A stretch of DNA of 64,000 nucleotides, from the NCBI GenBank assembly GCA_963777605.1, contig CAVZRV010000030.1:128001-192000 (forward strand), in the 5' to 3' direction. Below the pieces are notes generated by a model, which had not been told where the DNA came from, ran no database searches, and saw nothing but the letters and a program-made list of their open reading frames with translations. How positions within the stretch are numbered: position 1 is the first letter of the stretch; the number at the start of each line of letters is the position of its first letter. Both the position numbers and the translations under genes were made by a program. Positions 31,861 through 38,970 of the stretch are shown here, in pieces. This DNA comes from an uncultured Acidobacteriota bacterium. Its GTDB lineage: Bacteria; Acidobacteriota; UBA6911; RPQK01; JAPXNP01.

Positions 31861-32138
31861 GGCACTGTCAGGTTGAAGCTTAGTCAGGGACAATCGTAGC
31901 TTGAACAGCATAATATAGGGGCTACCGGTTCCCGCCGTAGATCATCAGTCTCTCCGTTTGATATTACCGCCGTTTTCAGCTGAGCCTTCGCGACATCGAG
32001 AATCCGCTGGCCGAACGCGGCAAGATCGTTTCCTAGGAAGCAATTCGGTTGTGGGGTGCAAAACTCAGCCCCGCTTATGCAACCAACCTCCGCAAACGCC
32101 GCGGCAAGCTCGGCGACACGTGGCTCATGGATGAGGTC
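31861..32138 (+). mobile_element. Truncated IS6-family element (IR plus pseudogenised N-terminus)
   Basis: IR GGCACTGTCAGGTTGA; YRFPP*IIS...LSLRDIE..LAERG..VS*EAIRLW...GDTWLMDEV, cut at the IS91-like end. Confidence 0.78.
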
Positions 32139-32194
32139 GATAGAAATTTGCTTTCTACTACCATAAGTCTATCTCGGTGTAAGTGGTAAGTAAA
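32139..32194 (-). mobile_element. Second IS91-like end with putative promoter facing katG
   Basis: Reverse complement matches 27049-27085 at 30/37; TTTACT-17 nt-TAGACT. Confidence 0.6.
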
Positions 32195-32266
32195 GGGAAG
32201 TGCGGCGACCGGCTGTATACTTCGATATCATCTCGCGCCAAATAGACTGACCGATTCAAGCACATC

Positions 32267-32540
32267 GCTGGAGAACGATGACGTTTGAATGCAAGAGTAT
32301 CGCCTCGCTATCGTAGGTGTTCTCCAGCCACGGCAGATTGCTGTTCGGTTGTAGTAGCGGCGGAAGGTCAGATCTAAGCGGTGGCGATTGGTCGCCGGGA
32401 CCGGAGGTGCATGAGCAGGACACTTACTTGCTCGGGAATCGGAATGTCAGGCGCATGGGCGATAATGTCAAGCAGTCCGACACAAACCGAACACCCGGCG
32501 GTCGGGCTCCCCGAAGTGGGGAGTCGGCCGCTTTTTTGTT
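32267..32540 (+). ncRNA. Candidate structured non-coding RNA or attenuator
   Basis: Several 7-10 bp complementary segments including crossing pairs, ending in a terminator; family not recognised. Confidence 0.4.
32498..32540 (+). terminator. Intrinsic terminator
   Basis: GCGGTCGGGCTCCCC-GAAGT-GGGGAGTCGGCCGC followed by TTTTTTGTT. Confidence 0.75.
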
Positions 32541-32811
32541 GCCCTCCCCAACACAGACAATCCGTAGTCTCCCCGAGCGATCGGGTCGAGCCCGAAGCCT
32601 GGTAATCAGGTGACGGGCGAAGCCATGTCTGCCGATCGAAACGAAACGGTTCTCGTAATCCTGTCGACCGGACGCACCAAGCATGTCCGTCAGAAGGAAG
32701 CCCTGCGGATGCTGGTCAACGGCGAGGTGGACCTCGTCAGCCGCAATCCGCTGAACCTGCATTTTCCACGCTCATTGCCAGCCTGAGCGAGCGCGAATAG
32801 GTACAGGTTCG

Positions 32812-33369
32812 CTAATGGGGCCGATAGTCGATCTCGTGTTGCTTGGAGTTGTCACTCAGTGTGATCCGGACATAGACCTGGCCCGGATCGGGGCCTTTGA
32901 TGATCGCGACGTCAAAAGATTTGAATTTCCCACGATGCCGCATCCTCCAAGCCGAGATGTCAATCAGTTGCGAACTGCAGGGATCTCCGACCTGTACCTG
33001 CAGTTCCTCTCTCAGTGGCTCGGTATCGTAGTCCGGCCGATCGGACTGAATCTCGAAGCCCTGAATTCGGTAGACGTCCCCTTCTTCAATGCGTAACTTC
33101 ATCACTGGCGCTGCTGGGGTAGGCCAACTCTCAAATTCCACTTTGGCTTCAAGGAACCCCGATTGTGAATACAGATGTCTCAAATCGCGGGCCTTCTCAC
33201 CGAGGAAATCCAGGAGGTTGTCCGGCTGGTCCCTGGGGCAGAATTGTTGACAAACGATCCTACCGTCGAAGGACTCGACTCCCGATACCTCACTCCGGAA
33301 ACCCATACACTGGCAGGAGTGCGTCACCGGAAGCAATGCGCTGGCGAGGATTGCGACAGCGAAGAACAT
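32812..33369 (-). CDS. Stand-alone POTRA-domain secreted protein
   Basis: Signal peptide; LYSQSGFLEAKV...LRIEEGDVYRI...GKFKSFDV pattern of BamA-type POTRA repeats; no beta-barrel. Confidence 0.6.
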   Translation of the reverse strand: MFFAVAILASALLPVTHSCQCMGFRSEVSGVESFDGRIVCQQFCPRDQPDNLLDFLGEKARDLRHLYSQSGFLEAKVEFESWPTPAAPVMKLRIEEGDVYRIQGFEIQSDRPDYDTEPLREELQVQVGDPCSSQLIDISAWRMRHRGKFKSFDVAIIKGPDPGQVYVRITLSDNSKQHEIDYRPH

Positions 33370-33500
33370 GATCGTTAATCATACCGTCGAACCGCCTGAA
33401 TCAAAAACCGAAAAGACCACAACGCTCAACCGGCTTATTGGTTTGGCGTTGGAGCGATCCTCGCTCAAGAGATGAAAGTTGGCCTTCGGTCCTGATAGTA

Positions 33501-33857
33501 ATGCCTCATCGGCCTCCGAAGCCCTGTGCCTGGCCGGGCTGTCCCGAGTTGATTTACTCAACGTACTGCCCAGCACACGAAAGAGCCAAGGAACGACAGC
33601 GAGGATCCGCCCACGCACGGGGTTACACCTACCGCTGGCACAAGGCGAGCCGGGCGTTCCTGCTGCTGCGGCCGCTTTGCGCCGATCCTTACGGCCTGCA
33701 CTGGGAGATCCCGGCGCCGGCGGAGGTGGTCGATCACGTCATCCCCCACCGGGGAGACGAGCGGCTCTTCTGGGACCGGGGGAACTGGCAGCCCCTGTGT
33801 CGCAGCTGCCACTCCCGCAAGACGGCGCTTGAGGACGGCGGATTCGGCCGGGGGTAG
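33501..33857 (+). CDS. Phage packaging-associated HNH endonuclease
   Basis: MPHRPPKPCAWPGC, RGSAHARGY, VVDHVIPHRGD, FWDRGNWQPLCRSCHSRKT. Confidence 0.9.
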   Translation: MPHRPPKPCAWPGCPELIYSTYCPAHERAKERQRGSAHARGYTYRWHKASRAFLLLRPLCADPYGLHWEIPAPAEVVDHVIPHRGDERLFWDRGNWQPLCRSCHSRKTALEDGGFGRG

Positions 33858-34019
33858 GGGGGATCGAAAGTGCACAGCTTTGTAAACCCGGACCGGGGGT
33901 CCGTCCAAGTTTTATGCGTCCATAATTCGAACAGGGGGTCGGACCTCGCAAACCCGCATGAATCCTGAGAACTTGTCTGAAAACAGGGGACGGTTAAGAA
34001 CACTTCCGGAAGCCCACCG

Positions 34020-34170
34020 CCTGGTCGGAGGCGCAAAAGAAGGCCTACGTCCTGGCCGACAACAAGCTTGCGGAAAACGCCGGCTGGGACCGGGAGAAAC
34101 TGGTCTGCGAGCTCGAAGACCTGCGGGCCCTGGCATTCGACGTCTCCTTGACCGGTTTCGGTGCCGACGA
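34020..34170 (+). pseudogene. Fragment of phage ParB-like/DNA methylase N-terminal domain
   Basis: SEAQKKAYVLADNKLAENAGWD...LTGF, fused out of frame to terS. Confidence 0.65.
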
Positions 34171-34592
34171 AGCTGAAGCTTTTGAAGGGGACCGCCCGGC
34201 CCTGCCGGACGACGCCAAAGGAGCCGAAACCGCGCGCCGGTGTTCCGAAGGCGCCGGGCCATCTTGACGCCTGCGCCAAGACCGAGTGGCGCCGGATCGT
34301 GCCCCAGCTTCAGGCCATGGGGATCCTGACATTACTCGACCGGGCGGCCCTGGCCGGCTACTGCCAGGCCTACTCCCGCTGGAAGAAGGCCGAAGAGGAC
34401 CTCGCCCAAAGCGGACTCCTGATCAAGACCACGGCCGGAAACGTCGTGCAAAGTCCGCTCGTCGGGATAGCCAACAAGGCGCTCCTCTTGATGCAGCGCT
34501 TCATCACCGAGTTCGGCCTGAGCCCGGCTTCCCGGTCGCGAGTCTCGGCGAACTCGAGCGATCGGGGAGACGACCCCTGGGCCAAACTGTAG
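34161..34592 (+). CDS. Terminase small subunit, P27 family (N-terminus probably clipped)
   Basis: PTKLKLLKG, AKTEWRRI, DRAALAGYC, QSPLV, EFGLSPASRSRV. Confidence 0.85.
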   Translation: MPTKLKLLKGTARPCRTTPKEPKPRAGVPKAPGHLDACAKTEWRRIVPQLQAMGILTLLDRAALAGYCQAYSRWKKAEEDLAQSGLLIKTTAGNVVQSPLVGIANKALLLMQRFITEFGLSPASRSRVSANSSDRGDDPWAKL

Positions 34593-35825
34593 AAGAAGGA
34601 TTCGTCTCTCGCGCCCGGCTCTATGCCGAGGCGGTCTCGGACGGGCGGATCCCGGTCTGCCGCTGGGTCGTGCGGGCCTGCGAACGGTTTCTTCGAGACC
34701 TGGAACGAAAGGACCTGCACTTTGATCCCGTGCCGGTCGAACGGTTTTGCCGGTTCGTGGAACTGCTGCCCCACGTCAAGGGGACCTGGGCGACGCCGAA
34801 CCTGACCCTCGAGCCCTGGCAGATCGCCAAAGAGATGGCCCGGCGGACACCGCCGTTTCTCGCCCGCTTCGGGGTCGAGGTCAATGCGCATACGCTGACC
34901 GTCCTCGCCGAGGCCGGCAAGTTCGAGCCGCTCTCGGCAGAAGCCAACTCGCTCGACGGGTTGAACGTCCACTGCGCCATCGTGGACGAGCTCCATGCCC
35001 ACAAGACCCGGGAGGTCTTCGACGTCCTCGAAACGGCGACCGGCGCGAGGCGCCAGCCGCTTCTGTGGTGCATCACGACGGTCGGCTCGAACCGGGCGGG
35101 GATCTGCTACGAGCAGCGCAGCTACGTCACGAAGATTCTTGACCGGGTCGTCACAGACGACACCTACTTCGGCGTCATCTATACGATCGACGACACCGAC
35201 GACTGGACCGACCCGCGGAACTGGGCGAAGGCCAACCCGAATTACGGGGTGTCGGTTCTCGAAGACGACATCGCGGCCATGATGATCCTGTTCCGTAACG
35301 AGGGACATTACCGGATCTTTGGGCGCTACTACCTGCCGGAAGAGACCGTCGAGACGGCGGCGAACTCGCAGTACGCCGGCTGGGGCGATCGAAGGACGGA
35401 TCATCTCAACCTCTGGGAATGTGATCGACTACGGCAGGATCGAGGAGGACCTGAAGGAACTCCGCAGTCGGTACGAGATCCAGGCAGTGGCCTACGACCC
35501 CTTCCAGGCGACCCAGTTCGCGACGCGCATGCTCGACGAAGGGTTCCCGATGGTGGAGGTGGGACAGACCACCCGGAACTTCTCCGAGCCGATGAAGGAA
35601 CTCGAAGCTGGTCTGAGCCGGAGGCTCGAGCACGACGGGGACCCGGTCCTGACCTGGATGGTCTCGAACGTGGTTTGCCACACTGACTCGAAGGACAATG
35701 TCTTTCCGCGCAAGGAACGCCCGGAGAACAAGATCGACAGGGTCGTCGCCACAATAATGGCTCTCGGCCGCGCCATGGCCGACGAGCAGGCCCGGCGGGA
35801 ACCGCGGATCCGGTTCGTTGGGTAG
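34593..35825 (+). pseudogene. Terminase large subunit, internally deleted and frameshifted
   Basis: LEPWQ, IVDELHAH, ARRQPL, WAKANPN, AYDPFQA, NKIDRVVA; Walker A segment absent; frameshift near 35390. Confidence 0.85.
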
Positions 35826-35940
35826 GAGGGGAGTGACTCCACACGAACAAGATGCCGGGACTTGTTAACTGTTTGGGCTGTTCCACTAATCGTGCAGACT
35901 CGTTGTCTTTTTGATGTGCTTAAAGTGTAATGAGCCCATC

Positions 35941-37212
35941 ATGCTGAGATCGACAAAAGCTCTAATTCTGGTGGCTTTGATGGTTCTGATGAGTAGCGTG
36001 CTGACGGCCCAGACCGAAGTGGTCCTGTTCACGGACGACTTCTCCCGAGCGACACTGGGTCCGGACTGGGAAACGACCGGCAGTCCGACTTGGGGAATCG
36101 TCAACTACCAGGGAGAGACGGCGGCCTGGTGTGCGGCGACCTCCGGTGCCGACCCGGAGGATGGCTACCCTTCAAACCTGAATGCGGAGCTGACCTATGG
36201 GCCACTCGACCTCTCGGATGCTGTTGATGCGCAGGTCGCATTTGACGTCATCCGGGACTCGGTGACACCCGATCATCTTCTGATTGACGTCGATCGAGGG
36301 CGTCCTGGAGAAGTCGGTACCCGGGGATATGGAATAGGTAACGGCCGACAACATCCGCCGACCTGGGAGCACGTCGTCCTCTCCCTCGGGCAGTCCCGTT
36401 TGATTGAAAACGGCGAGGTCCTTGTCAATAGCAACATCCCGAGCGTCGTCGGCGAGAGTAATATCTGGATCAAGTTCAAATTCGAGAGCGACGATTCGGG
36501 CGGACCAGGCGTGGGGGCGTTGATCGACAACGTCACGATCACGAAATGGACCAGCCACCTCGATGCCCCGGCAACCTCTCACCTCTACTTTCCGCAATTC
36601 GGTGACGGCCGGGATGGCGACAACTGGATCGCCTCCGACCTGAGCCTGGTCAACCCTTCGGATGAAACGGTGAAGTTCTGGCTGGAGTTTCGCGACATTG
36701 GCTTCGTTGCCTTCTCCAACGGATCCTATGTTGAAGGTGAGGTCCAACCGCACGGCTCATTCATATTGAAGTCTTCGGGTGAAGGACCATTGCAGGTTGC
36801 GTCTGCGGCGGTTCACTCTTCCGCGCCGCTTGCGGGATACGTCCGCTTTCACGGGTCGCTGGGTGCAGCGGCGATCACCGCGACTCCACCCGGCAAACGG
36901 TTCGTGGTCCCGATTGAAGCGGAAGAGTCGGTGCGCGACGGGATGGCGCTCTCCGGCATGAGCGACATCCAGATAGTAACTCTTCAACTCTTTGACTCCT
37001 CCGGGTTCTTGGTAGCGACGGCATCAGAGGCATTGATGCCGCGGCAACATCGGGCGTTCTTCCTCGATGAGGCGGACTGGGACGTACTTCCCGATTTTGC
37101 TAACTTCTCGGGATCACTCGAAATGACCTCCACTCAGGAGTTCGTGCCGATCATGATCCGGCAGAGTGAGGGAGAGATCTCCACGCTGCCGACGTTTCCA
37201 ATCCCGGAATAG
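35941..37212 (+). CDS. Secreted protein: jelly-roll-like N-terminal domain plus FPQ-motif domain
   Basis: Signal peptide; FTDDF...KFKFESD...IDNVTI; HLYFPQFGDG, HRAFFLDE, STLPTF. Confidence 0.7.
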   Translation: MLRSTKALILVALMVLMSSVLTAQTEVVLFTDDFSRATLGPDWETTGSPTWGIVNYQGETAAWCAATSGADPEDGYPSNLNAELTYGPLDLSDAVDAQVAFDVIRDSVTPDHLLIDVDRGRPGEVGTRGYGIGNGRQHPPTWEHVVLSLGQSRLIENGEVLVNSNIPSVVGESNIWIKFKFESDDSGGPGVGALIDNVTITKWTSHLDAPATSHLYFPQFGDGRDGDNWIASDLSLVNPSDETVKFWLEFRDIGFVAFSNGSYVEGEVQPHGSFILKSSGEGPLQVASAAVHSSAPLAGYVRFHGSLGAAAITATPPGKRFVVPIEAEESVRDGMALSGMSDIQIVTLQLFDSSGFLVATASEALMPRQHRAFFLDEADWDVLPDFANFSGSLEMTSTQEFVPIMIRQSEGEISTLPTFPIPE

Positions 37213-37519
37213 GGACCTGGCGAAAACTGGTTTGTGACTCGCCAGTCACCGGCAGCTTCACGAAATGAGTAGGGTCTCACTGAGCTGAAAGCTCTGACCT
37301 TCCGCCATTCTCTGTCGCAGTTCTCAAGGTTTAACAACCTGTGAAGGACCGTTACGACGTGCTCGCACTGGCCGTGCTGCTTTTGGCCGCCTGGGGAATC
37401 GCTCTGCTCTCTGTGGCCGTGGTCCTGGACGGATCGGTGCTGTTTCTGGCCCGCGCCCGGGTACGTTCGGAGGAGCCGAAGTGGTTGGGCGGCCTTCGGC
37501 TTCCTTCTGGCTCGTCTTG

Positions 37520-38419
37520 TCATTGCTCTTCGTATCTGAACTGCTGCTTGGCGGTCTCGTTCTCGATCGGCAGGGCCCGGTCCCGGACTGCCGTTAGGAA
37601 ACGGTAGACTTCGCCAAGCGACGACGCCACCGGCCGGCGACCATCCAGGACGAAGCAGTTGATGGGAACCAGGCGACTGAACCACCGGTACTCCTCGACC
37701 TCCAGCCGGATTGTCTGATCCACTCTCGGAGGTAGCGTCCAACGGTAGTCTCCGCCGAGCTGGGTCAGGCGGGCCGCCACTTCACTGGCCGCCTCCCGAG
37801 AAATCCCATCAATCAGCACGGCCGAGAACGCCGGGCAGAGTCGCCGTTCACGATCCAGAAAGTTATACAGCGCCGCATCGTCGATATTGGCGAGCCGCCC
37901 CGACTTGCATTCGACATATCCCAGTTGGGTGTCGCGGACCACGACCACGTCGTAGTCCCCGGTCAGGCCCTCGACCCGGACACCCCAGTAGGCGATCGAC
38001 GCCAGCTCCCGGACGAACACCGACGCCACGTAGCACTCCAGGGTCGAACCGAACCCGACGTCCCGGGGTGTTCGGAACGTCCCGCCTTCCTGAATAAGCA
38101 TCCCAGCACCGAGAGCTGCATCCAGGTGGGACTGAATAGCTTCCAGGCTCATGCGGCTGACCCGTTCGCGGAGTTCGCCGAACCCGAGTGGTCCCGGGTT
38201 GTTCGCCACCGCCGCAACTACGGCTCGGAAGGATGTGTCGCTCAAAAGTCCATAGAAGAGATCTGGGTTCTGCTCAGGATCGATGAGCAGCCGGCCCCGC
38301 TCCTCATATGCGGCAACGGTGAGCCCTCGGCGCCTGAAGATAGGCTCCAGCTCGAACAGGGTTCTAAGCTGGTCCAGCGCTTGCTCGGTATCGAACTGGC
38401 CAAATCGCATGGGGGCCAT
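37520..38419 (-). CDS. wHTH plus PD-(D/E)XK nuclease-like protein
   Basis: FGSTLECYV, GDYDVVVV...YVECKSG catalytic motif; N-terminal helix-turn-helix-like region. Confidence 0.7.
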   Translation of the reverse strand: MAPMRFGQFDTEQALDQLRTLFELEPIFRRRGLTVAAYEERGRLLIDPEQNPDLFYGLLSDTSFRAVVAAVANNPGPLGFGELRERVSRMSLEAIQSHLDAALGAGMLIQEGGTFRTPRDVGFGSTLECYVASVFVRELASIAYWGVRVEGLTGDYDVVVVRDTQLGYVECKSGRLANIDDAALYNFLDRERRLCPAFSAVLIDGISREAASEVAARLTQLGGDYRWTLPPRVDQTIRLEVEEYRWFSRLVPINCFVLDGRRPVASSLGEVYRFLTAVRDRALPIENETAKQQFRYEEQ

Positions 38420-38539
38420 CCTAGCAGCGCCAAAGCCGCGTCACCAGCACCCGCTAAATGGAACCGCTCAATTCGTGCTAAAGAGAGACATTGAACTTGC
38501 GCCCAACTGTTCATCTGAAAGAGTCGGCTCGTCGGGAAG

Positions 38540-38851
38540 CGTTGACGACGAGGTGAGAGAAGTGCTCCTATTTGGCTTAAGACGAGGAGAATTGCATAGC
38601 AGGGTATATATATTGAACGGGTTCTGAGTTTCGCAGAGCACTTGCTTTCACGGCTATCAAGGCTCTGGGTTGAGCTTCCACTGGATCAGAAACAGCGGTT
38701 GCAGAGGATCGTGTACCCCAACGGGATCGATTTTCTGAACGGAGAATTTGGAACCGCTGTAACCTCACCTACATTCAACCCTTGAGGGGAGACTTCGGAA
38801 GGCGGGTCAACTTTGGTAGCCCCAACGGGATTCGAACCCGTGTTACCGGCG
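38540..38851 (+). pseudogene. C-terminal relic of a large serine recombinase, reading into tRNA-Glu
   Basis: VLSFAEHLL..LWVELPLDQKQRLQRIVYPNG...FGTAVT, in-frame TGA at 38783, then LVAPTGFEPV antisense to the tRNA. Confidence 0.6.
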
Positions 38852-38888
38852 TGAGAGGCCGGCGTCCTAACCTCTAGACGATAGGGCC
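38814..38888 (-). tRNA. tRNA-Glu (CTC), encoded CCA
   Basis: GGCCCTATCGTCTAGAGGTTAGGACGCCGGCCTCTCACGCCGGTAACACGGGTTCGAATCCCGTTGGGGCTACCA; full cloverleaf. Confidence 0.97.
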
Positions 38889-38970
38889 ACCCTGGATGAA
38901 GGTCCTATTCTCCGGTACCGGCGGGGCACTTGTCAAACCCTCCAGCCTCACGGGATCGCCAGCTCCCAGC

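Larger units (their letters stand above)
25767..38825. mobile_element. Decayed integrative element/prophage island inserted at the 3' end of tRNA-Glu
   Basis: 11-bp direct repeat GGTAGCCCCAA at 25767-25777 and 38815-38825; recombinase relic, IS relics and phage packaging relics inside. Confidence 0.8.

Noticed and set aside
32317-32762. Short ORFs 32317-32613 (+), 32381-32605 (+), 32424-32762 (-)
   Set aside because: No motifs; the + ORFs run through a strong terminator.
33501-35825. Functional prophage
   Set aside because: terL is broken, there are no portal, capsid, tail or replication genes, and the recombinase is a relic.
38783-38785. In-frame TGA as selenocysteine or readthrough
   Set aside because: It lies in a truncated recombinase relic with no redox motif or evident SECIS; a nonsense mutation is simpler.
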